From NCBI RefSeq assembly GCF_009914755.1, contig NC_060937.1: a stretch of 64,000 nucleotides of DNA. One strand, given 5' to 3'. The notes beneath the pieces are model-generated. The model made no database searches. It was not told the DNA's origin and saw only the letters and a program-made list of their open reading frames with translations. Each line of letters begins with the position of its first letter. Position 1 is the stretch's first letter. A program made the translations under genes and the position numbers. Origin of the DNA: the human T2T-CHM13v2.0 reference genome, Homo sapiens. Shown here in pieces: positions 1 to 11,676 of the stretch.

Positions 1-1927
1 GCCAAGATAGGCTGAAAACTAGGCCTCTTGTGCCATACAATAAGCCAGGTTGTGAATGCAAAGAAAAAGTTCTTGAAGAAAATTAAAAGTGCTACCCCAG
101 GGAACACTAGAATAAGAAAACAAAATAACATTATTGCTGATGTGGAGAACATCAGGATAGTCTGGATGGAAGATCAAATCAGTTGCAACATTCCTCTAAG
201 CCAAAGGCTAATCCAGAGAAAAGCCTTTACTCTCTTCAATTTCATGAAGGCTGATAGAAGTGAGGAAGCTGCAGAAGAAAAGTTTGAAGATAGCAGAGGT
301 TGTTTCTGGAGGACTAAGAAAAGAAGCCATCTCCATAACATAAAAATGTAAAGTGCTGATGCAGAAGCTGCAGCAATTTATCCAGATGATATACCTAGGA
401 TAACTGATGAAGGTGGTTACAGTAAACAATAGATTTTTCATGTAGATGAAACAGCTTTCTCTTGGAAGAAGATGCCATGTAAGATTTCATAGCTACAGAG
501 GAAAAATCAATGCCTGGCTCCAAAGCTTCAAAGGACAGGTTAACTCTTCTGTTGGGGCTAATGCAGCTGGTGACTTTAAGTTAAAGCCAGTGTTCATTTA
601 CATTCTGAAAGTCCTAGGGCCTTTAAGAATTATGCTAAATTTGTTCTGCCTGTGCTCTATAAATGGATCGGCAAAGCCTGGAAAACAGAACATCTGTTTA
701 CAGCATAGCTTGCTAAATATTTTAAGCCTACAGTTGAGACCTACTGCTCAGAAAAAAAATAATTTCTTTCAAACTATTACTGCTAATTGACAGCACACCT
801 GGTCATTTAAGAGCTCTAATGGAGCTGTATCAAAAGATTACTGTTGTTTTTTATGCTGCTAACACAACATCCTTTCGGCAGCCCATTGATTAGGAGTCAT
901 TTTGACATTCAAGTCTTATTAGTTAAGATATATATTTAGTAAGAAGACATATATGTGTGTATATATGTATATGTATATAAAGAAATAAATTTTGTAAGGC
1001 TATAGCTGCCACAGATTGTAATTTCTCTGAATAATCTGGGCAATGTAAATTAAAATCCTTCTGGATAGAATTCACCATTCTAGATACCATTAAATACATT
1101 CATGATTAATGGGAGAAGATCAAAATATCCACATATTTAACAGGAATTTGGAAGAAGCTGATCCCAACACTCATGGATGATTTGGAGGCATTCAAGACTT
1201 TAATGGAGAAAATTGCATATATGGTGGGAATAGCAAGAAAACTAGAATTTGAGGCACAGCCTAAAGATGCAATGGAATTGCTACAATGTCAACATAAGAT
1301 TTTAACAGATGAGTTTCTTCTTATGGATGATTGAAGATAATGGGTTCTTGAGATGAAAAATATTCCTGGTGAAGATGTCATGAAAATTGTTGAAATGACA
1401 AAAAAAGGATTGAGAATATTACATAAACTTAGCTGATAAAGCAAGAGCAGGGTTTTCAGAGGATTGGTTCCAATTTTGAAAGAAGTTCTACAGTGGGTAA
1501 AATGCTATCAAACAGCATCACATACTACAGAGTAATCATTCATGAAAGGAAGAACCGATCAATGAAGCAAACTTTATTGTTGTCTTACTTTAAGAAATTG
1601 CTGCAGCTACCTCCGCTTTCAGCAACTACCACCCTGATCGGTCAGCAGCCATCAACACTAAGGTACGACACTCCAACAGCAGAATGATTAAAACTCCTTG
1701 AAGGCTTTGATAATAATCAGATTTTTTTTAGCAATAAAGTATTTTAAATTGAAGTATGTACATTTTTAGACATAATGCTATTGCATACTTAATGACTACA
1801 ATGTAGTGTAAACATTACTTTCATACACACCATATAACAATAACATCTGTGTGACTAGATTTATTGCAATATTTTCTTAATTGTGGTGGTCTGGAACTGA
1901 ATCTGCAATATATCCTAAGTATTCCTA
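1..1927 (+). mobile_element. Tigger1 DNA transposon (pogo/Tc1-mariner), left part outside the window; transposase decayed
   Basis: ORF 28..351 resembles the Tigger1 CENP-B-type HTH region (VWMEDQ..NIPLSQ.LIQ.KA.TLFN); ANAAGDFKLKP in 446..790. Ends in the Tigger1 terminus gtggtctggaactgaatctgcaatatatcctaagtattccta followed by TA. Many stops and frameshifts. Confidence 0.93.
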
Positions 1928-1966
1928 TAAATTTAAAATGAAAGATGTAGAGTATCTATTTATGAG

Positions 1967-2136
1967 AGCATTAGTCCGTTTTCACACTGCTATAAAGAAC
2001 TACCTGAGCCTGGGTAATTTATGAAGGAAAAAGGTTTAATTGACTCACAGTTCCTCATGGCTGGGGAAGCCTCAGGAAACTTACAATCATGGTGAAAGGT
2101 GAAAGGGAAGCAAGGTGCATCTTTACATGGTGGCAG

Positions 2137-2172
<36 letters not shown>

Positions 2173-2348
2173 TGGGGGGAATGCCACACCTTTAAACCAT
2201 CAGATCTTGTGAGAACTCACTATTATGAGAAGAGCATGGGGGAAACTGCCCCCACGACCCAATCACCTCCCAGCAGTTTCCTCCCTAACATGTGGGGTTT
2301 ACAATTGAAGATGATATTTGGTAAAGGACACAGAGCCACACCATATCA
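1967..2348 (-). mobile_element. THE1D-like MaLR solo LTR
   Basis: Reverse complement begins tgatatggtgtggctctgtgtcc. Exact 5-bp TSD ATGAG at 1962-1966 and 2349-2353. Internal (GA)n at about 2137-2172. Confidence 0.9.
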
Positions 2349-2353
2349 ATGAG

Positions 2354-2870
2354 GTAAAATATCTTTAGAAAATGTTTAGAGATGATGAAAGAAAAAAATG
2401 CAAGAAAAATTCCAATAACTGAAGGCCTCAAGTTTTCGAATTGAAAATGTTTTTGTAATGAAAATTGTAATAAATATTTTAAAAAATCTGTTTTCATCAT
2501 CAGAAAACAGAACACTGGAGATGTAAGGAGAATCTTAAAATTATGCAGGTGGAAAAATTTGAAAAAAATACCCAAAAAACTACATTTTGGTCACAAACAA
2601 ATTAGCGAAGATGAAAATAGCATTTCTCAGAAGCATCAGTAGATTTTTAGAAAAAAATTATGGCTTTGACATTTTCTGAGGAAAAAACAGTATTTATTAA
2701 GTTTGAGAATATGATAAATATATTTTTGGATTTGTAATGATTCAGAAAACACATTTCTCATCCCCAAATTCTCAGGATGGTTTGGAAAGATATGCTCCAG
2801 AATATAGTACAATATACCTTAAAATGAAAACTGTTAGGACCTTGAAAATATATCTGACTCAATTAAACAG
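2354..2870 (+). mobile_element. Highly decayed HAL1 / ancient L1 ORF1-like fragment
   Basis: A-rich sequence with remnants such as aacactggagatgtaaggagaatcttaaaa and ctttgacattttctgaggaaaaaa; recognised by eye only. Confidence 0.4.
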
Positions 2871-3155
2871 CAAATAAATAAATACAATTTTCTCTTGACA
2901 AGTTGCAAATTATTAAACATTACTAATTCCCTTTCAAGATCCTAACTGATATGATGACAGAACATCAAGAAGTAAGTAAATCGGACTTGCAAACACAGAA
3001 ATCCCAAGGAGAAGACCTAAGACCTTGATCGTAAGACTGTTAGAAAAATACCAGCCTACATGAGAAGGAAGGTGGTTATGATACATGGAATTTAAAATAA
3101 AGAAGATATGATTAAATGTGCTTCTTTCTTGGAAAATGGACCCCTAAGTCAGTGC

Positions 3156-3219
3156 TTTTTTTTATACTTTAAGTTTTAGGGTACATGTGCACAACATGCA
3201 GGTTAGTTACATATGTATA
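3156..3219 (-). mobile_element. 64-bp extreme 3' end of a young L1PA (L1PA2/3-like)
   Basis: T8 then atactttaagttttagggtacatgtgcacaacatgcaggttagttacatatgtata, the antisense L1PA 3' terminus. Confidence 0.9.
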
Positions 3220-3654
3220 AAGCAGAAAAAAAATGGTAACAAGTTTGGCTGAATTACATTAGATGGCTCCAGCATCCTGCAGGAAAAGCTAATGTTTTTA
3301 CTACATAATACAGAATATCGATGAGCTCATTTGTTCTTTCCCTTAACACCCTCTCCCTTTATTCAGAGGACTAGATTTTTAGAGTTGAAGTCGATAGTTC
3401 TTCAACACCTTGTTTTACATAAAATATAAGACTATAATGTCAAATTATCTTTCTCATGGCCCTCTCTTCATACCATCTGGACACATTAAATTTCATGCAT
3501 GGTAGTATAATATCTCTCCTTAAGATAAATCTCAAGATAAGATGGTTAGTAACTCCAGGAGAATATTGTACCCATGGGGAAATACAGTGAGTGCAATATT
3601 CGCCTGGCTAAATTATGGCTGACATGAGAAACTCAACCATAAATAAAAACAACA

Positions 3655-4705
3655 GACTTCCTGTTTCTAGTACAACATGTCAAGAGCTTGGAAGTTGTCA
3701 CTTCAGTCCTTATAACAAGAAAAAAGCTGTACAAACTGAAAATCAGCAATTCTCCCTAGATCTGTCAGAATGAGCCCAAACTGCTGCACCAAAAACTAGA
3801 AATATAGGCAAAAACAGAGAATCACAGCTATCTGGGAAAAGAGGATATTGCCCAAAAGTCAGAAACTGATAGGAATAATTAAAGGATAATTGGTCGATTG
3901 CTGAGGGCTAAGCATGGGCTACATTGAGAGTTAAAAAATTGTTCAACCCTGTCTCAAAGGGTACACCTAAACCTTTATGATTTTTACCCGCAGGAGGCCC
4001 ACCAGATTTTCAGAGTGATATTGGAAAAAATCTTCTCCTGCTTATCACAGGCGAAGGGTGAATTAACCATTTAAAAATATTGTTCTAGCATGCTCTTCCC
4101 TTAACAAAAGTGTGCACCCAAGGAAAACTATCTTATTAGTGCCTAACAAATTTAAGTTTTACCAGAGCCTAAGTAACCTGGGGAAGGAAAGTATCTAATT
4201 CCAGTTTTTTCACATAAGAAGTGTCAGTGATAGTGAAGGTGAGAAGCACTCATAAAGGTCACAGCTCACAAGCACTGACTCACTGAAGACTGAAACCTAA
4301 TTATGAGGTTATAGAACACTTGGGTCACCCCGCACCATCCTGCCATTTAAATCAGGGTTAGATATAACAACAGAAATTACAGCTGAAAGAGCTGAATGTT
4401 TCAGACATTGTTTAAGAAGGAGTTTCTAGGGAAATACAAGACAACAAAGAAGACAAAAATAGAACTCAATACAAAATTGCAGGTTCTGACATATACAGCT
4501 ACAGCAAACAGCAAACATAGCCTAACTTCCAGCCCAACTCATTCTACGAACCAAACATTATTATAACACCAAAGCCAGAAAAATATAAGAAAGAAAAATT
4601 ACAGACCAAAACACAAAGATGCAAAAATTCTCATAAAAATTTAGAATAATTATACACCATGTCCATGCCACATTTATTCCAAGTATACAAGGTTATTTCA
4701 ACTTT
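3655..4705 (+). mobile_element. Old L1M (L1MC/L1M4-like) 5' region followed by a short ORF2 fragment (about 4530-4705)
   Basis: gacttcctgtttc...aagagcttggaagttgtcact...aaactgaaaatcagc is a typical L1M 5' end; cccaactcattctacgaa...accaaagccaga is ORF2-like. Confidence 0.7.
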
Positions 4706-4709
4706 TTTT

Positions 4710-5965
4710 ATTGCAATTTTCATTTCCTAGCATTTAAAAAATTCATTCATTTTTTAATACATTTCCCATCTTACATTACTTATCTGTTCTTGCATATTGC
4801 CTACTTCTTACATTAGAGTTGTTAGAAAATCTATCTTAGTGGTTGTAAATTCATACTCTGATCTTTTTCAAATCTTTCCCATATCCGAGTATGGTTCTGA
4901 AGCTTGAGCTGTCTCTTCAAACTGCTTTTTGTTTGTTTGTTTTGCTTTTAGTATGCCTTATAATTTTGTGTTGAAAAGTGGACATAGATAGGAAACAGTA
5001 ACTAAGACAAATAGGCTTTTTTTGGAAGATTTTATATTTATCTGGCTAAAAGTTAGACTGTGTTTACTGTTTAGTGTAATTATAGTGACAGAGGCTAAAT
5101 TTTTCTTTAAGGTTATTCATTTGTTTGGCTGTCCTGTTGGCTTCAGTTTTCCCTAGAGATTTCTTAAGGTGTGAAACATATTGTTCCTTTAATTTTATTC
5201 TCCTGTTATTACATAGGAGCCCTACAAATGTGGCGGTAAAGTCTAGAAGAAGAGAGGACATGTTACATAGTCCTTTAGTTAGTTCTCACCCCCTTTACTA
5301 AGCCTGTGTTTTGGGCTGTGTGTGGCCATCACAAATGTTTCCCAGTATTTTTGTTTGTTTGGTTGGTTGGTATTTACTCCCTTAAGCAAACCAGAAGGTT
5401 TAAGGGGTCTGAGGCTGGGTGTTTTCTCTTTTCACACATGGAAAGTCTAGAGGGACTAATTTTAGATATTTCTCTTCCCTTGGGTCTCCTATACTGTATT
5501 GGAGCCATAGTCTGTTGGGGTCTGGTAAAATAGCTTCCCTTGAGAACAGGCCCTCTAAACAAGAACAGAATGCTTTCTGGGTGTATTTGAAATGGTTGTT
5601 TTTTTTTCTCTGCCTGCCAGAAGAAATAAATTTTCTTCAGTCTTTACCTTTAAAGCCCAGTAGTTCTCTTAGAGGTAAAACACTTGAAAGTGTGGGGAGC
5701 CCTCTAAGACTCAACTCATCACTGGAATTTTTAACTTTCAGGATTATCCAAATACAGAACATCCAGCAATTTGCCCGTCATAGTTTAAGTTTTCCTGCCT
5801 GTCTCTTCAGTTTTCTAGGCAGCAGGTTTTCCTTTGACATTAATTATTTAATGGATCTAAAAAGACTTATTGACGTTCAGTTTGTTCTGCTATTTTTTTT
5901 GTTGTTGTGTGGACAGGAGTAAGCACTTCACATCCTTACATGTCACACCGAAAACTATAAGCCTG
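4710..5965 (-). mobile_element. Second old L1M 5' region of a related family, opposite orientation
   Basis: Reverse complement aligns by eye with 3655-4535 (gcagaacaaactgaacgtcaa vs gctgtacaaactgaaaatcag; cagtaaacacagtctaactttt vs cagcaaacatagcctaacttcc). Confidence 0.7.
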
Positions 5966-5989
5966 ATTACATCTTTTTCTATTGGAGGC

Positions 5990-6770
5990 TCAGATGAAAA
6001 AATATGTAAATATAGTAGTTATATTTTGGATTAATAATAGAGAATGTTCTATTTTAATATATAAAATATTTTATTTTGAAATGTTCCATGGAGTGACAGA
6101 CAAAACAACTTCATACAACCACAGAGTCTCCCTAGACAAAATCCCTTATCCCAGTTAAATGCAGTTTAAGAACATTGATAAAGATCAGCTCAACAAAAAT
6201 GCAAAAACTTTCAAAGAAACAAAAATTATATCAATGTCACATTTTTTTTCAGGAGCAATTCTAAATGCAGGAATATAGCAAAGATATAATGAAAAAGTGT
6301 TGAGGACAATAACTTAGAACATATAATTTTAATGCCAGGGAAAATATCATTTAAATGCCAGGAAAAATAAACGTACCCTTGGGCAACCACAGGTGGTATA
6401 TCACAGGAGAAGTCTGAAAACACTTTCAGAGAAGCACTATTTCAATATGAGAAAGAATTCATGAAAACTTAATACAATATGAGAATTGCATTTAAGTAAC
6501 AGTAAAGCTCTCAGCTGTCCAAATAAACAAGTTTCAAAAATAAGATACAATGTGAAACTGTATCTTTTGTAGAGCTGTTTTGAATTATCAGCCCTGCATA
6601 AAAGGGTTTACATAGTCACAATGATGTTTATTCAATTAAATATAATTTTATAAAAGTATTAGAGTATTAGATTATGAATAGAGTGTATTGAGATATATAT
6701 TTGTATTATTGTAAGAATGCACTATACATTATCTAAATTAGATAACCAAATAGATAAAAATATAAATGTA
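5990..6770 (+). mobile_element. Decayed HAL1 / ancient L1-like fragment
   Basis: ORF1 C-terminal-like remnant agcaattctaaatgcagg...aagtgttgaggacaataacttagaacatataatttta. Confidence 0.4.
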
Positions 6771-6912
6771 TTACACAAAACTATGAAGTTAATTATCAAA
6801 CTGGAAAACAGCTTAATGAATTTAAGGCTTACAGGGTGACTTTACACAAAACTATGAAGTTAATTATCAAACTGGAAAACAGCTTAATGAATTTAAGGCT
6901 TACAGGGTGACT
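6771..6912 (+). repeat. Perfect 71-bp tandem duplication (6771-6841, 6842-6912)
   Basis: Two identical copies of ttacacaaaactatgaag...ggcttacagggtgact. Confidence 0.98.
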
Positions 6913-7095
6913 ATAGTACAAAATAATTTCATTGTATACTTTAAAACAACTCAAAGAGTAAATTTTAAGTACTTGGGGGGATGGATACCTATTTACTGTG
7001 ATGTGATTATTACAAATTGTACGCATGTAACAAAATATCTTATGTAATCCATAAATGTATACACCTACTGTGTACCTATAAAAATTTAAAAAGTA
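6902..7095 (+). mobile_element. L1MA 3' end fragment
   Basis: acagggtgactatagt...gatggatacc...gatgtgattattac...acctactgtgtacc then A-rich tail. Confidence 0.85.
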
Positions 7096-7171
7096 ACAAT
7101 TTGTAAGATTAACAAATTTTAGGTTCTACTGAGATCAAGAATATTTGGAGTTGGGAAAAAAAATAAAGTTT

Positions 7172-7440
7172 ATGGTGGAGAATACTATCTAGTCACCAAA
7201 TCCACTATTCTCTTTTCTCATAGTAATGGTACATCACTTCCCAGTGAGAATCTGTCTCTCAGCTTTCCTTGAAGTAACATGAGGATAAGCACCTCATGTA
7301 CTCAGTAGAAAGTGAGTAGACGTAAAGTGTGTTACTTCTTTGTCTGGGTTTTAAGTCACTAAGTGTCCTTCTTCCAAATATTTTTTTCCTTACCTTCCTT
7401 GGCCAGAGGTTTCTGCACATTATTCCCTGCAGGGTGATTA
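7172..7440 (+). mobile_element. ERVL LTR fragment (LTR16/LTR33-like)
   Basis: ctcagctttccttgaagt...agtgagtagacgtaaagtgtgttacttct resembles the LTR16/33 core; very diverged. Confidence 0.45.
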
Positions 7441-7490
7441 GGTAATGTTTCTGGCTTCATGGCTTTTGGAGCCATGAAACTGGCTCTAAA

Positions 7491-7658
7491 CTGTACAAAC
7501 TGTACAAAATGAAAAAACTGAAAATCAGCGATTCTCCCTAGATCTGTCAGAGAATAAGCCCAAACTGCTGCACCAAAAACTAGAAATACAGGCAAAAACA
7601 GAGAATCACAGCTACCTGGAAAAAGAGGATATTGCCCAGAAGTCAGAAACTGATAGGA
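7491..7658 (+). repeat. Dispersed local copy of 3727-3874
   Basis: About 140 bp with 6 substitutions and one 2-bp indel relative to the copy at 3.7-3.9 kb (counted by eye). Confidence 0.97.
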
Positions 7659-8274
7659 GTATCAGTTTCACTGATAACACTACCTTTAATAGTGTTACAA
7701 GGTTGCTTAAACCAGCTGTTGTGGATTTTGCTGTTTTCAACTAAGAAAATTTATCAATTAATTATATCTTTTATGTTTTTTATTAAACTATGCATGTAAA
7801 TTATTTTTCTAGATAAAAAACTGAAAATATAGATGTTAATTTCTGAAAATACAACTCTGAACAAAGAACATGGAAACATAAAGAGCCACTCCCTAGTAAT
7901 GAAAGATTCCTTTATTACAAGATGGTTTGGGTTCTCACTTGTCCTCTACCAACTTCCCTGGAAATGTACAAAAGGCAAAGTGGCAGGAAATAGAGAGTGT
8001 CTCTGTTGGAGTACTGCCACATGCCTGAGTCTTGTGCATAGCACTGTGAGATGATGAGAATGTAAGTAACTACATACGTTCCTCCGATCTCCTGCCTGTA
8101 AGATTCCCAAGTAAATCTGCCTCATGACTATACCATGTGTCATTTACATTTTCATCCATGCCCTTGGACTAGATAGTTAGCTTATATATTTCATACAAAC
8201 ATGAAAATGTTTCAGAAACAGCAGCATAATTCCTAATTATGTTTAATTATGGCTTCAAATAATAGGAATTAATA

Positions 8275-8942
8275 CTGCTTTCCTTTTTTTTCAGTAAATA
8301 CCCAGGAGTGGGAGTGCTGGATCATACAGTAGCTCTATTTTTGATTTTTTGAGGAACCTCCAAACTGTTCTGCATAGCAGTTGCCCTAATTTACACTCCC
8401 ACCAACCACATATAAGATATCTGTGCTCCCGTGTTTATTGCAGCACCATTCACTATAGCCAACACTTGGAAGCAACCTATGTCTATCCACAGATGAAAAG
8501 AAAAAGAAAATATGGTACATATACACAACGGAGTATTATTCAGCCATAAAAAAGAATGAGATCCAGTCATTTGCAACAACATGGATGGAACTGGAGATCA
8601 TTATATTGAGTGAAATAAGCCAGGCACAGAAACATTAGTACCATATGTTCTCACTTATCTGTGGGAGCTAAAAATTAAAACAATTTACCTCATGGAGATA
8701 GAGCATAGAAGAATGGTTACCAGAGGCTGGCAAGGGTAGTGGGGAGGAGGGGGGGGAATTGGGGGATGGTTAATGGGTACAAAAAATATTTAGAAAGAAT
8801 GAATAAGACCTAGCAGTTTCTAGCACAACAAGGTAACTATAGTCAAAAATAGTTTAATTGTACAGTTTATAATAACTAAAATAATATAATTGGATTGTCT
8901 ATAATAAAAGGATAAATGCTTGAGGTGATGAATACCCCCCAA
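8275..8942 (+). mobile_element. 5'-inverted (twin-primed) L1MA 3' fragment with 14-bp TSD
   Basis: 8275-8416 antisense L1, 8416-8940 sense L1; TSD AATAGGAATTAATA at 8261-8274 and 8943-8956. Confidence 0.9.
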
Positions 8943-9479
8943 AATAGGAATTAATAAAAACATTTAAAATAAAATGATCAAAGAAAATGAAAATTCCAGA
9001 TGCTATTTATGTATTTGTGACTTAAAATATTATAAAATAGTCTTATTAAACTTTAAATGTTATCCTTTAGTCACAGATGCACAATATTTTATCAAAAGTG
9101 AAAAGAACTATACATTATAGCATAGAGATCCTGGGGTGACCATTTCTTTAACAATAAAATGAAAGTGTCTAAAAATATCCTAACTGAAAATAATTTTTCA
9201 ATAAATAATTAATTTTTAGACTGGATTAACAGACATAAGTGCTAAATAAATACTATTTTCACTTTTTTTCCCCCAAGTGGGAACAATAAAAGGAAATGTC
9301 GGTCAAAATTTTATTTTAGTTTTATAAAATGTTAATGTAATGCTTAAGAGTCTCAAATATGTCTTAAATTTTAAAATAACAAAATAAGATTTGACAAAAC
9401 ATCAAGAATCCAAAAAATATATTTTACTGCAAAGGGAAAAATAGTTTGATAATTGTACCTGCAAATTTCTATGTCAGTA

Positions 9480-9935
9480 GAGAGGCAGTAAAACAGTGGG
9501 ATTACAATGAAGTATTCTAGAGCAAAGCACACTTATATTTTATTCCAGTTTATACTACTTTACCAACCATTTAAGTTTGGGCATTTTACTTAAATATGAG
9601 TCTTCTTCAAGAACCATATAATAAAGGTAACAAAAATATCTGAGTGTATGCTACATCTTAAAATCGCCATTTCAAGTATGTACAATTATAATCATCCCCA
9701 TTTTATACTTAAGAAATTTGAGAAACCAAATAATTAAAATATTGTTTATGATTAGCTAGGTTTTAAATAGCAAAGCTGGGACTCAACCTTAGTCTGATTC
9801 CAAAGTCCATGCTTTTATACCACAACTATAATGCCTTTAATAAGGTGCTGTATGATTAGTGGAATAATTATATAAGATAATGCATTTAAGTTGTGTACAG
9901 CTATTGCTCAATAAATGTTAGCTTCTGTATTATTT
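9480..9935. mobile_element. MIR (+) apparently interrupted by an antisense MIR (about 9640-9835)
   Basis: MIR core tttgggcattttacttaa (+); atccccattttatac...gggactcaaccttagtctgattccaaagtccatgctttt (-); MIR tail gctcaataaatgttagct (+). Confidence 0.65.
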
Positions 9936-10199
9936 TTGTTCTTAAACATTACAATTCTGAATTATTTTAACTAATATTCATATTATTTTGTTTTAATGAT
10001 GTGTACATTGAAATACTATGGCTCCAGCCTTACGTACCTTAGATAAAATACTTGACATTTACATTATAAAAACTGCTTCACAAAATTGTTCCTATTGATA
10101 AGACTTGATTCTGCCCTTTGTCTGTATATTACTGTGGATTCTTTTAGGGAAAGGTGTCAAATAGGATTTTGCCAAAGTTGAACTCAGAAAGGGAAGAGA

Positions 10200-10550
10200 G
10201 TAGAGACTGAAAGAGGAGGGTAAAGTTGGGAGTTATTTAAGAGGTGGCTGAATAGGGCCAGGGATGGATTGACTATGGTTATAAATAAGGAAAGACAGAG
10301 GAGTTAGAGATTTGCAGGACCTCCAGGATGAATATCAGGTTTCTAGCTTGGGCAACTGAGTTACTGGGTTACTGGTATACATAACTAAGAATAATAATAA
10401 TAAATAAATAAGGAGTTAAACTTTAGACATGTTGAATGGGTTTTTCCTATTGAACGTAGAAGTGGAAATAATTTGGCAGCTGCAGGCCTTAAATTTTGAA
10501 AACTCTGGAAGAAAATGTAATTCTAAGGATAACCAACATGTAAGTTAGAG
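10200..10550 (-). mobile_element. L2 fragment
   Basis: caggtttctagcttgggcaactg and tttagacatgttgaa, typical antisense L2. Confidence 0.65.
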
Positions 10551-11676
10551 GCTGTTTTAACTGGACCAAGACTTACCACTCTACGTCTCCAAGCCAGACA
10601 AAGTTTCTCTTTATCACATAATATGTAAAGAAAAGTGATGATCCTGATTTATGTCCCCAGGAGCTAGAGAAGAGATGGAAGTGCAATTTTTACCTTGTTC
10701 AGATCTGGAGTCTAACATACATTTACACAGTAGGATTCTTGCAGGGTGACAGAATTAAGTTAAGAAGAGAGAAGAACTGATCAATGTAAGTGAGAAAGAA
10801 TAATAGATGGCATAGACCTAGATGAATGCCTAGGAGGTAAGTAGAAGACACCAATCTTTAAAAGACCACATAGAGTAACTATAGAATAGGAGAAGGGACT
10901 TACAAGGCATCTTTAAGATTCTGGAACTTTTATTACTTTATTCATGCATTTTTTTATGGGCTGTCGATTTCCTTTCCTAATTGGCAGTAAAACCCTTAAA
11001 AATAATTGCAGGGAGACTTACTGCCTCATTAGAAGGGTAAAGGAGCCAAGTTTAAGAAGTTGTTCTCCAAAGATGATTTTGAAGTGAGAGGATCTTAAAG
11101 GATAAAACAAATATAAAATATTGATATCTTAAAAGGTAGTTTCTCCATTTTTATTCCCTTAGACCTTAGAATGAAATAAGGATCATAATGTATAAAATGA
11201 ATGTATATACTCTTCTTTCCACTCTCTGCCTTTACACCCATTTTTCTTTACTGTGGGATTATTTTTATTCCTCTAATACAGAACTGATTAGGTGTGAATT
11301 CCAGGCTGATTGCTGTGTATTCACCTTTCATAAAGGTCTCTATGTGGCAATAGAAAGTATTTGTTTTGGCCTAAGGGCTTCTAAGTATTATGAAGGCTTA
11401 AGGAAACAGGTTTCCACAAGTCTGAGATTTTTTTTTTATTGGTTTCTTCTGTCAACTTGTGTCTGAACAGGCTTTTAAAATACCACCAGAGTTATTTTGT
11501 AAGGTGTCCCTGACCCCATCAATGCAAGAGAAAGAACAGAAGGGAGCGAAGGACAAAGAGAAAAAGAAAAAAAGAAAGCTTTAGACAATATCAACATTTT
11601 ATTTCTATTTTGAAATACATATACATAGTCTACACTTTAAAATGGAGGTATATGTTTATATGCAGTGAGGAACTGA

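Noticed and set aside
28-790. Possible domesticated Tigger-derived gene (TIGD1-like)
   Set aside because: Stop at 351, frameshifts and an internal insert; a neutral fossil.
5419-5922. 167-aa plus-strand ORF
   Set aside because: Non-ATG start, antisense to an old L1M, Leu/Phe/Ser-rich, no recognisable domain.
7277-7299. Hairpin acatgagg-ataagca-cctcatgt resembling the MS2 operator (ACATGAGGATCACCCATGT)
   Set aside because: Lacks the bulged A and ANYA tetraloop geometry, is single-copy and lies in a decayed LTR; coincidence.
10660-10842. Strong donor GAG|gtaagt at 10837 with upstream acceptors
   Set aside because: The frame I translated hits a stop and there is no other support; isolated splice motifs are common.
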